This document shows positions 12,791 through 24,610 of a DNA stretch of 64,000 nucleotides, piece after piece. The stretch comes from Rhynchobatus australiae. Taxonomy: Eukaryota. Position 1 is the first letter of the stretch. Each line of letters begins with the position of its first letter. Where the stretch lies: contig JAUZTB010000033.1 in the NCBI GenBank assembly GCA_034780895.1, positions 30,723,820 through 30,787,819 of the forward strand. The letters run 5' to 3'. Position numbers and translations under genes: made by a program. Under the pieces are notes generated by a model that was given only the letters and a program-made list of their open reading frames with translations, ran no database searches and was not told where the DNA came from.

Positions 12791-13084
12791 TTCCCCCATA
12801 TTATATTTCATACCTCTGGGTTAATTTTAACCCAGGGTTATAATATAAAATGAATATTGGATTAGCCATCAGTTGTAAATCTTTGCCTAATTGCTATTTC
12901 CTCTATCTTCAAATCAGGAGAGGTGTATAATGATTGACCACAGTTATCTGCATCCTTAAATGATGTCATTTTCAATATTAGCGTTTTAGAAGATATTATC
13001 ACAAAGTATATTTTATGTAACCTGATACTGTTGTCATTTAAAATTAATTTCATTGTACAATATTGAAAGATATTTTTTTCAGAT

Positions 13085-13345
13085 ATAAAAACAAAAAATG
13101 CTGGTGATACCCAACAGGTCAGGTAGCATCTGTGAAGCAAGAAATAAAGTTAACATTTCAGGTTAGTGAACTTTCATTAGAAAATTAACNNNNNNNNNNN
13201 NNNNNNNNNNNNNNNNNNNNNNNNNNNNNNNNNNNNNNNNNNNNNNNNNNNNNNNNNNNNNNNNNNNNNNNNNNNNNNNNNNNNNNNNNTTGTTTCTCTC
13301 TCCATACATGCTGAGTATCAACACCATTTTCTGTTTTTAGTTCAG
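13085..13345. mobile_element. Penelope-like-derived inverted-repeat element with mutated hammerhead core
   Basis: aaaaatgctggtgatacccaacaggtcaggtagcatctgtg...gttaacatttcaggttagtgaactttcattagaa, gap, then inverted tgtttctctctccatacatgctgagtatcaacaccattttctgttttt. Minus-strand core reads CTAATGA...GAAATGTT (G5 lost). Confidence 0.75.
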
Positions 13346-14379
13346 TATCTGGATTTTTTTTGCCTTACATTTTCTCAAATATATTACATAGATACTGTAT
13401 CTGAAATATAGCTTTTCTCACCTCTTTCACACAATAGGAGCAGATTAGACAAGGCAGCCTTCGCAAGATTATTTTACGCAATGCTTAAAGTTTAATTCTT
13501 GATTTGTTAGAACAGTAATCTGCACTCAGTAGTGCATTTGATAAGGAATTAAAGGCAGTAAATTTATATTCATAAGAACTATAACAAAAGTTAATTAATA
13601 ATTGCAATGCCCCATATTTACAGTAAACCAAAGTACATTTGATTGCTGCAAATCCTATGGATCCTCACCTTTGCCCCAAGAGATTTCTTTGTGGTTGTAG
13701 ACAGTGACGTGCATTATTTCCTTAAGAACCTCAGACTATGGGTTTTAGAAGATATTTTGCACATTCTCTTCGTTGCCTTCAACATCTTTGATTTATCAAG
13801 CACTTCTTACTATATGACTTAAAAATCCTTAGTGATGTAAAGAAAGAGGATACTTCCTTGCCTATAGCCCTTTCATTGTTACAAACATACATCTGATTTC
13901 CAACAGATGTGTCCAGATGGCATAAAGATGTTTTGTTCAATTGCAATTCATATATTCCACAAAATCCATATTCATGGTGTCAAGCCCCCAACATGCAGTC
14001 TCACGCAAACAGCTACGACCCAGAAGTAAGCTTTCTGCAATTTGTTAAGATTGATATCCAGGAAGATCTAGGAAAGATGGATCGTTCCAATTGCAAGATT
14101 CCTTTCACGTTGCTACATGATACCTGTATGTAGGAAGCCCACAGCACAAGCATAGGCCTTACCACAATATAAAAACAGCTGTTATGTGGTAGCTTCCTAA
14201 TGATGATAGGATACAATGAGAAGCTTTATACAAGAGTGGTTTATGTACAAGAGGAGCGTCTAAATATTTTTGTTGTTGTTTTTAAAAGTAGAAATCATGC
14301 ACAAGATCATTGAATTTTACAGCATTGAAGGACAACAGCAATGTTAATTTATAGGGTGGTAAAACTTCAAAGTGCTAGT

Positions 14380-15000
14380 CGCAAAAGGAGATATTAATGC
14401 AGATGACCAAAAGCTAGATCAATGAGGCAGACTTTGGAGCATCTTAAAAGGGGAAAGAGAGTTAGAGATGTTTAAGGAGTGAATTTCAAAGCAGGGTTTG
14501 ACAGCTGAAAGCATGTTCCAAAGGTCGGACCTGGAGAAAGGCTGACATCTTGGGGAGTAGAGGTCATGACAGAGGTTGGAAAGCAAACTTGAAAACAAAA
14601 ATGAGAATTTTAAATTTAAAGTCAGTTAGCTCGGGATGATGGATGAATGAAACTTGGTGAGTTTCAAGAATGGTCAAGCAGAATTTTGAAAGACTCAAGT
14701 TTATGGAACAAGAAAGGCCAGTCAGGTGTGTGATAGAATAGTCAAGTCTAGAAGTAACAATGTCATGGATGAGGTTTTAGGCAGATGAGATGGGATTGGG
14801 GTGGGACAAGATGATACAATGAAACTGGGATTAGACATCCTTGGGAATGAGATAGAAATGTGATCCAAAGCTCATTTTATGGTCAAATATAATCCCAAAA
14901 TAGCAAACGGTCTGATTCAGCCTCATTCATGTACTCAAGAATGAATCTCATGGTGAGGGAAAAAAGCTTGTAATAAGGTCCAAATACAATAGCTTCAATA
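14380..15000 (-). mobile_element. L2 LINE 3' fragment
   Basis: Minus strand 14736-14773 encodes LIHDIVTSRLDYS (L2 motif LIHAFVTSRLDYSN); plus-strand ggagatatta...gatgaccaaaagct...cttaaaaggggaaagagag is the reversed L2 3' region. Confidence 0.8.
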
Positions 15001-15789
15001 GCCTTAGTCAATTCTATTTAGCCATGCCTCTATTCCTATGACCCTATTCCAATTTTGAAAACTAATGGACTGGAATTAACATTTTGCTTAGTCCCCTCTC
15101 TCCCCCCACCCCCCCAGCCTCCCTATTTTCTCCAACCATGCCTGGCGTTAGGCCTATTTAAATTCTTCCACATCCCACTCCCTGAACATTATTTTACAAA
15201 TCATTGTTTTCAAGTCATTATTTTTCATGGGAAGCACTAGATAAATGCATGGGCCTTTTTTTTACATGCTTGACACAGCAATAAGATTGGGCATACACAA
15301 TATGCTAACTTGTTGACCAAAAAGGTTTTACACATCATCATATGAAAGCAAGGTTTCAGGGGAATTTACAGTGGGTGTCACTTTGGCCTATCTGTTCATG
15401 CAGATTGCTACAGGACTGGGAAGAGTAATCTTTTTTAAGTAGCAGACACTATGGTACACTTCAGATCATGGTAGCATGAGGTAACTATTATCATTTGTGA
15501 GAGCTCGACAGGTGGGTCACATGAAAGGTCACTACAATTTGGCTCACAGGACTAGACACAAGGTTTTCATTATTTTCAAGTCAAACAAGAGCAGTGTTTT
15601 GAGAAAATAACATTACTCAGTAATAGCTACCAATGAGATTATAAATCGCGAATCACTTCAGCAGAATGTTTCATTCACTCAGCTGAGAAAGCCTTCCTGG
15701 ACTTAATGCTGATGTAACAAGCCACAGCTAAAGACTTCCCCAATGCTTCAATGCCTTATGTGAAATTGAGATATACAAGCATGGAAGGG

Positions 15790-16050
15790 TTTTAGGTTCA
15801 ATCCTCATTAGCACTGAGGAAGGTGACCAGTTATGTAGCAGTTGGGATACAGAACTGGCCTATAGCTCCATCGGCTGGGATATGAAAATTCAACCAGATT
15901 TCCTCCTATAGATTGCTTTCCAATAACCCCTGCTGCCAAATACAGTGATGAAAAGGAACAAAATCAGGCTTGGTTATGATGTTGTTGTTTCCCCCAACAG
16001 AACTCAATGCCAAATAGTTAGTTAATGTAGTCCAAACTCACACATGAAGG
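15790..16050 (+). mobile_element. Ancient SINE-like repeat copy
   Basis: B-box-like ggttcaatcc at start; gattgctttccaataacccctgctg...aaaatcaggcttggtt aligns with gattcctatccaatgacccctgctg...aaaatcagtttcggtt at ~60070-60135. Confidence 0.55.
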
Positions 16051-19000
16051 AAAGCAGCATTAAGCAAAGTACAGCAGGACAAGTGGAGTTCATCACAAGC
16101 CACTGTGTTCCAGAGAGAGGATGAAAAATGGAAACAAAGTTCAAAAACAAAATTAGGAAGGAGAAAAGTCTGAGAAAGTAAAGAAATGAAAGATTCTGAG
16201 ATATAAGGCAAGTGATTAAAGTGGGTGAAAAAACAAACCACAAATTCTAGATGGGGCTTAGGCCACTTGACTTTCTTGCAATCTACAGCAGGTGAGAATT
16301 CAAAACTTGCATTTGTGTCAAGAAACAGTTCTTTGGTTATCCCTTGATTTATAGACTGGTAACCTGCAGTGTTCCCAGTTTATAACTGTTGCTAGAACTA
16401 TTCCAGATAAAGCATTAGTCTAATGCCTTTGGCACGTAAAAGTAGGACCTATTCTAAGCAACAGCCCTGACTGTACATAAATGCTCTGGACAATTTGTGC
16501 TTAGCTCACTAATTCTAGGCAGCTACAGTCTGTGAAAAAATTCTCTCAATGTTGTTTCTAATATATTAGGTTACAAGTAGAGCAAAAGGAGCCACACGAT
16601 TGCTGAAGAGCTACTGTAAAAATAATGCATTAGAGACATCATTTCATTCAGGTTCCATCCCCCTATGGGTATGCTTCAGCATTGTCAGCATTAATGAATT
16701 CATAGAATAGACATTTTAAAATGTTTAAATTAAATGGCGGTGTCACACACTATTTCCTGATATATACACTCACACAGTACCAAAGAACATCAAAATTTTG
16801 GACACTAACATACAGTAATAACCATCATTGGATCTTTTACAGAGGACTGAGTTGCCAGCCAGTTCTTGATCACAGCAACCAAATCTACTCCAAAGTCCCA
16901 CTGTATTGTTCAACTTGTGCTATATTGCTGCAAATAGTTCACCAATCAGATAAATCTTGCACTCCTTGCACAAATTTTCAGATTAACTCAATGTCATCCC
17001 AATATCAGCAGCAATTTTCAAATTTTTTTATGTTTAAAAATTTACCTAATAAATAGATATCTCACGACAAGTGGGTGTACAGTGGGACAGTATGACACCT
17101 CCTTCTCAATATATCCCACTCTGTTTGCCAAAATATAAAGCACCACCACTTTGGGAACCATTCCCAGCTTTATTGTTGTTTCAATAAGCTTCCTAACAAA
17201 ATTAAGCTTAATGGAGTGCAGCAGTAAGGATAATACTAAAGTCTAAATGTAGGAGGAAACTATAACTGAAAGAATTTCAGCTGACTATAATAAAATTGCA
17301 TCAGTTTCTTGCAAACTAGGCATTAGTAATGACTACTTCAATGGATACATGGTGAAAATACCAGGAAAGAGCAGGAACTCATCAGATAACATTTTCAAAG
17401 AGGCAAGAAGAGTCAAAAGCCTCTTTTTGTGATGTGTCGTTTTATGATTCTCAGATACTTATCACTATTATTTCAGACAGTACATCTGAGCCTCACAAAA
17501 CTGGCACATCTAAAATAGATGGCTGGATTTTTAGTCACTCCATCAGAAACAAAACAGCAAACTCTTCACAATGCGATGAAAAATAAAACTTAAAGCCTTG
17601 AACAGTCACATTTAAAGCTACAGGCTTTGGATGATCCCATCTCTGAAGCTCAGACTTCTTAAGATCTGCCCAAAGGAAGATATTAGTGTCCAGATCAAAC
17701 TATTTCTGCTTCATTCTTAGCAAGCATAGATGAGCACTATAGTGCTAAGAATGGAGCAGATAAAGGTGCCCATGTTCAACGCATGTATTATGAATACATG
17801 TATCTAATGAAGTTGTCATTAGTAATGTTCAGTTTGGTAAAGAAACTGATGCAATTTTATTATAGTCAGCTAAAATTGTAATGATTTTTCCTGTACCATC
17901 TCTGGTTGAGATTGGCAATGTTAATGCTAAGGGTATTTTGAACCTAGAGGCTGAGGCTCACAATTTCATCTCCTACAAAATTCGCAGGAGAATTTAATCT
18001 GATGATTCTGGGTCGGGTTTGAACATAAGCACAGGTATACCAACCTGCTGTTCTCCACAAAAGTTCTTATTGATAATAAGTAATTGTGAGACTTTTACTA
18101 TGGTGGTCCGCTAGTGTCACAAACATTCACACTCACCTCAGACCAAAATAGTTGGTTATTCAGTTGATTAACGAAAAAAAGAGTCAGACAGAGGAAGTGT
18201 TTTGAAAGTTATTTTACTTTTACTGGCTGCTTTCCCTGGCTGCTGCCATGACTCACTCCTCTCTATAATGTGCGCAATTCAGATTGCGTTGCTAGACGCA
18301 NNNNNNNNNNNNNNNNNNNNNNNNNNNNNNNNNNNNNNNNNNNNNNNNNNNNNNNNNNNNNNNNNNNNNNNNNNNNNNNNNNNNNNNNNNNNNNNNNNNN
18401 CACCCACTCCATGCATGTGTAATGATGTCTCATGTAGGAAAATGTACAGATGTTCTTGAATAATTGACTCCAGAACATTAGGCCCATTATTTTCGCACTT
18501 GCTAACTCATTGAAAACTTAGCTCATCAATATCCAACAAACTGCTTTCATGCATAATACTATGCAGCGGTTTGCAACAAAACCATTTCCCTTTGCTACAA
18601 ATTCATTACCAATTCCACTTGTAGCTTCTTCACTTCTAATGTTCTTAATTGTTCTACAACCCTGAGCAGTTATTTTGTACCCAAGGTGGAATATTCATTG
18701 CATTTTAGTCACACAAGTTAACGTAAGTTAAAAAAAATCATTGTGCAAAACTTACTCTTGATTTCCTTGACCAATGAAGCTAGTTGGATTTTGCTGATTG
18801 GTTAATTTGCACATTCATTTCAGACAAACAAAATATTGGGATGAAAAGTTCGTTTGGTATATGTTGTTTGTGTTGGGGGGGCGTGAATAGGCATTTTGTG
18901 CATGTGAATTTTTGTGTGGGGAAGAAGAGAGTTTAGATATTAAATTAAAAATTGGAACTCAAGTGATTTAAACAGAAGTCAGACAAAATTTTGAACCACT

Positions 19001-20058
19001 AAGAAATTAAGTTTCCTCTGATAGCATTCTGGTTAAGAGGTTCACATTAATTCCTTTGTGCATTATTTTAATACAATTGTTAACCTACTTATTTCTAAAA
19101 TGCTTGAGAATTATGTTAAGTCTTGCACTTTCCACAAAACATGTTAACCTATTCCCTACCAGAGGCAATTAATTCTAAAGGTTGCAGCATTGTATATTTA
19201 AAGGGCATCAAATTTGCAAGTCAATATGTATCTGCAGATTGAAAGATTCAGGGATATGGCAAAAGGACAATTAACATTTTGATTAAAATAGATGGGCATC
19301 ACAGGGCTTTTGGCTTATTCCTGCTAATTGCTGGAATGATGATCAGTGCTGAACATACTGAACAACAACGTAGCATTAGAAATATAGTATTAACTTGAGT
19401 GTAGGTTTTGACCTACGATAATTTAAAAGGCAACATATTATATCAGAACTAAAAACAACAGTATTTGAATGTATATACCAAGGCAAGTCTTTTGCTGAGA
19501 TCTGCAATGGACCTGCAGATGTACCCTCATCTGGACAATTCTGAAACAGAGTTCTTCCACACAGCAGAGCCCAAGTTGTGAGTCTTCTGCATTGCTGGTT
19601 GAAGGAGTCTCAATGGAGCATTATTGGACAGCTCAAACCTCTGAAAATTTCCCACTAAACCCACACCAGATTAAACTAGAGCAAATGTCATGAGCCCCAT
19701 GAAATTAATGGAAGAAATTGCTGGGAGAAAAGTTAAGTAAAATTTTCAGGTCCTGAGTGATAATGAAAGTTTGTGAATGTCAAAGACCTTCACATTCATT
19801 TCCAGTGGAAGGTTTAATGGCCAGCATCCAGATGACCAGAAAGACTGGAGAGGGACCTCACTGCTGTCAATAACATTTCTGTCGTTGCAGCCAGTCACTT
19901 GTTTTGGGAGAGGTCCTGCATTGTGCTGATATATTAGGAGAAAGGGTCCCGATGGAAGGCTGCAGCCTGGAACACACCAGAAAGAAAGTGTAGTCTAGAT
20001 GACTGTTGACCTTGGATTAAAGAATCATCTACCCCTAGAAGCTTCTAATAAACCAAGC

Positions 20059-21246
20059 ATCAGAATCAGCTTTATTATCACTGACATATGTTGTGAAATT
20101 TGTTGTTTTACAACAGAAGTACAGTGCAAAGACATGAAATTACTATATATTGCAAAATAAATAAATAAATGGAGCAAAAAAAAAGGAATAACGCAGTAGT
20201 GTTCATGGACCATTCAGAAATCTGATGGCGGAGGGGACGAAGCTGCTCCTAAATCATTGAGTGTGGGTCTTCAGGCTCCTGCACCACCTCCCCGAAGGTA
20301 GTAACGAGAAGAGGGCATGTCCTGGACGGTGAGAGTCCTTAGTGATGGATTCTACCCTCTTTGAGGCACCTCCTCTTGAAGATGTCCTCGGTGGGGAGGG
20401 TTGTGCCTGTGATGGAGCTGGCTGAGTCTACAACCCTCTGCAGCCTTTTGCAATCCTATGCATTGGAGCCTCCATACCAGGCTGTGATGCAACCAGTCAG
20501 AATGCTCTCCACCATTATCGATAGAAATCTGCATGAGTCTCTGGTGACATGCCAAATCTCCTCAAACTCCTAATGAAGTAGAGCCACACTGGCATGCCTT
20601 CCTTTATGATTGCATCAATGTGCTGGGCCCAGGATAGATCCTCCAAGATGTTGACACTCAGGAACTTGAAGCTGCTCACCTTTTCCACCACTGACCCCTC
20701 AATGAGGACTGGTGTGTGTTCTCCTGACTTCCCCTNNNNNNNNNNNNNNNNNNNNNNNNNNNNNNNNNNNNNNNNNNNNNNNNNNNNNNNNNNNNNNNNN
20801 NNNNNNNNNNNNNNNNNNNNNNNNNNNNNNNNNNNCCACTGACCCCTCAATGAGGACTGGTGTGTGTTCTCCTGACTTCCCCTTCCTGAAGTCTACAATA
20901 AATTCCTTGGTCTTGTTGACGTTGAGTGTGAGGTTGCTGTTATGACACCACTCAACTAGCTGATCTATCTCACTCCTGTAAGCCTCCTCGTCACCATCTG
21001 AGATTCTACCTACAACAGTGGTGTCATCAGCGAATTTATAGATGACATTTGAGCTGTGCCTAGCCACATAGTCATGAGTGTAGAGGGAGTAGAACAGGGG
21101 GCTAAGCAGGCATCCTTGAGGTGCGCCTGTGTTAATTGTCAGTGACGAGGAGATGGTGTTACCAATCCGCACTAATTGCAGTTTCCCGATAAGGAAGTCG
21201 AGGATCCAGTTGCAGAGGGAGGTATAGAGGCTCAGGTTTTGAAGCT
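20059..21246 (-). mobile_element. Rex1/Babar-clade LINE, 5'-truncated, with reverse transcriptase remnant
   Basis: ORF track: LCNWILDFL...TGAPQGCLLSPLFYSLYTHD...KFADDTTVVGRISDGDEEAYRSEIDQLVEWC...LNVNKTKEFIVDFRK and VEKVSSFKFL...LYFIRSLRRFG; 3' end atttcac...gtgataataaa plus ctgatt-type repeat. Confidence 0.95.
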
Positions 21247-21249
21247 TTA

Positions 21250-21785
21250 CAAAGCACAACAAATCAACAGTAGTTTGTTTCCATTGTGCTCCTGCTGTAA
21301 AACTATCTCGAAGAACTTCACAAGGTAGAGTAATGTGGGTGAGAAGAAGGAGGAAAAGTAAGTAAGTGTTTGGAGAGGAGAACTATAGGAGGATTTTAGA
21401 GAAACAGAAATTTGGAAAAGGCGAATTGGAAGCAGAGGCAAAATGAATGAGCGTCCATCAATGGAATGAAGTTTGTGGTAGAGAAGAGTAANNNNNNNNN
21501 NNNNNNNNNNNNNNNNNNNNNNNNNNNNNNNNNNNNNNNNNNNNNNNNNNNNNNNNNNNNNNNNNNNNNNNNNNNNNNNNNNNNNNNNNNNAATGAAGTT
21601 TGTGGTAGAGAAGAGTAATCCACTGTGAGGATTGCGGAGATGTGCAGTACAAACAAATGTTCCAATAGCTGGAACAATGTAGAAAGATTTGAAAATTAAA
21701 AGAAAGATCTGGCAGTCAATTCTCTGGGAGTGCGAGACTTTATAGAGCAGACGATGTAGGTGTACAGGATCTATCAAAAAGAAAT
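21250..21785 (-). mobile_element. Possible very old L2 fragment next to the Rex1 insertion
   Basis: Strongly purine-rich plus strand; minus-strand HLHRLLYK...QRIDCQIF weakly resembles the L2 endonuclease-RT linker. Confidence 0.25.
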
Positions 21786-23364
21786 AAATGTAAAGAAAGG
21801 TAAAACCGATATCTGGTCATGCCAGTGAGCTGTTTTAAATCCAGGCTCATTACTGGCAGTGGAATTCAAGATAAGCAGATAACTGAGCAACTCACTTAAA
21901 TCCTAGTTATTACTACATGAAAGTAAGTTTAAACAGATTGTGCGGAGGCAGTAAAATGGGCTAAAAGTAAGTACCTGATTCTTGCTCATTACACTTTGCA
22001 GTGCCTTTTCCCCTTTTCTTGTCTCGCACAAAATACTTGCTTTGTGTTTAACAAGCTATGAGTAAGAGGAATGGAATAGATTCTCAAATGTTTAAAATAC
22101 TGTGTATAGTTATTGTGAACTATAAATGGATTATAGTTTTAAAAAAATAATCATTGCTTTAATAATCTGAGCCAATTGTAATACTTGTTGCTGGAATTGG
22201 TCTTTGAAGTTGGGAGGGAAGGGAAATCAACTGGGATGACTAATTCTGAATGCTATTCAGTGACACTAGGAAGTAAACATTTGCACAGAGAGAGAGAGTC
22301 AAATTCAGCTAGACTGCAATACTTCACGTGACCAAATTGCTTACTGACATCTTTGGCTTAAAAATGAAATTAGACAAGTTACCTTCCCTCTGGCAGTATT
22401 CATACAAATGGTTTTTTTCAGCAGGTTTCAGTGGATAGCAAACTGGATCAGGAATCCTGACTGATGTTTCCTCCCCTTGGAAGACATGAAAAAAACATCT
22501 GTAGGGGAGCCATTATACCAACCAGACTGAAATCAACTAACTAGCTATCAGATCTTGCTGGCATTTATGGATCAATAGTACACTGAGCAAAGTGCTTGCC
22601 AATTGACCATTTATTTGAGGCAAAACCACTTTTACTATCCTACCGTCATAATGCCACATAGTACATTTAAAAAGCTTTATTCTGCCAAATAACATAGAAC
22701 GTGTTACGGTTGTTACAAAATTATTGTATAGGAGTACAAATAAACAATTTATTTGCTGTAATTCATACAAGTCACTCTCATTGTCCATTTTCATTAAATC
22801 CATCTTAGTGTGTATATTTGAAATTAGTTTGTAACCCTTCATGAATATTCATTTATCATTTTTCATTTATCGTGAGTCTGAATAATAAATTCTTAAAAGA
22901 ACAATATTAAATATTAATGGTATCTTTTGGGAATTCAGAACATTCACCAAATATTTCAATGCCGGTGGAAAGCCCAGGCTCTTTTATGCAGATGAACTGA
23001 GAGATTGCTAGAATAGTCATCATTAATGAACATCCCAAGATTGCTATCACATTGTCTCCCTCTACCCACACCCTCAGCCGGGAGGTACATGTTGCAATTG
23101 CAGTTCTTCCCAAGTCAGCACCTCACAAGTATTGATATTTTGTCTTTGAGCATGGACAGTCAAGACCAATGGACAATGTTACAATAGCACAACCCAATTC
23201 TCATCAATCAATGACTTTCAGCACATAGTACCAGATAATGAACAGGAATTTCAATACTGGATTTTTTTTGCAATATTCTGCCCTTCTCCTGCTCATATCA
23301 ATTTTGCCTTTTCACCGTGCCCACTAACTTTCAGAATCAAAAACAATCACAACATCAGAGAATG

Positions 23365-24610
23365 ATTATGGTTCAGAAAGAGACCATTCAGCCCAGATAT
23401 GCCAGCGCCTAATAGAACAATGCTGGTAATCCCATTGCCCTTCACTCTTCCCATGCCCATGCAAATTATACTCTCTCAAATACCATCTCATTTCCTTTCA
23501 AAAGCCCTTGCTGAATTCCAGACCATGACTGTTATGATGTAAACATGTTCTTCCTCACATACTCCTTATATCCTTTGCACATTTTTTTATCTGTCCTCCC
23601 AGTCCTCGAACCATCCATTAATGGGAACGGCTCCCCCTGTTTACCACCTAAGCCAGTCACATATCTGCATCAAATCTCCTTCAGCTGCAAGGAGAAAAAC
23701 ACCACTTCCTCAATCTAACCTTAGAGCTGAAATCCCTCGCTCCTGGAACTATTCCAGAAATTTAGCCTGAGCCCTTTCTTGGATTTTCACTTCTTTCCTA
23801 AAGTTGGGTGATCAGAATTGGACATGATATTCCAGTTGTGCCCAAACCTGTGTTTTAAATAGGTTCAATATACCTTCCTTGCTATTGTACTCTATGCCTT
23901 TATTTATGATTCCCAGGATTCTCTATGCTTTATTAGCCACTGTCTCAATATGCCATGCAACTTCAAAGATTTTTACACATACATATTCAGTTTCTTCTGT
24001 TCACACACACCCATTCAATCCATGTCATTTAGATTATATCCCTCATTCTTTGTGCTAAAGTGTATCTTTACATAATTTTCCTTATTAAGTTTCAGCTGCC
24101 ACTTGTTTCCCCATTCAGCCAACCACGGATTGNNNNNNNNNNNNNNNNNNNNNNNNNNNNNNNNNNNNNNNNNNNNNNNNNNNNNNNNNNNNNNNNNNNN
24201 NNNNNNNNNNNNNNTACCCATGTCTAAGCCTTTATTATTCACTGACCCCAAGGAAACACCAATGTCCCTATTCTTTGGTTTGAGAAATAATCTTCCACCT
24301 ACACTCTCTATTCTTTGTCTATAACCCAATTTGCTATCAACACTGCTACTGACTCTTTATTTTCCCAGACCTCGGGTTTATTAACCAGCATTCTGTGTGG
24401 GACTTTATCAAATACCTCTTAAGAATCCATGGAGGCATCTACTGAATTCCCTTCGTCAAGTTTTTCTGAAACACTATCAAAAACTTCATTCAGGTTAATC
24501 AAACACAATTTGCTTTCAATAAACCTGCGTTAGTTCTCCCTTTTTAACTGAAACTTCTCCATGAGCCTGTTAAAATTTTTCACTGTTTATCGTTTCTAAA
24601 TGCTTCCCCA
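23365..24610 (-). mobile_element. Old CR1 LINE, ~1.2 kb decayed 3' portion
   Basis: Minus strand VFDKVPHRMLVNK (CR1 AFDKVPH.RL..K) at ~24377-24415, LAEWGNKWQLKLN at ~24085-24125, 3' tail seen on plus as gaaagagaccattcagccc. Confidence 0.85.

Noticed and set aside
17783-17800. Short hairpin catgtatt-atg-aatacatg
   Set aside because: 8 bp AT-rich stem with no other context; within chance expectation for 64 kb.
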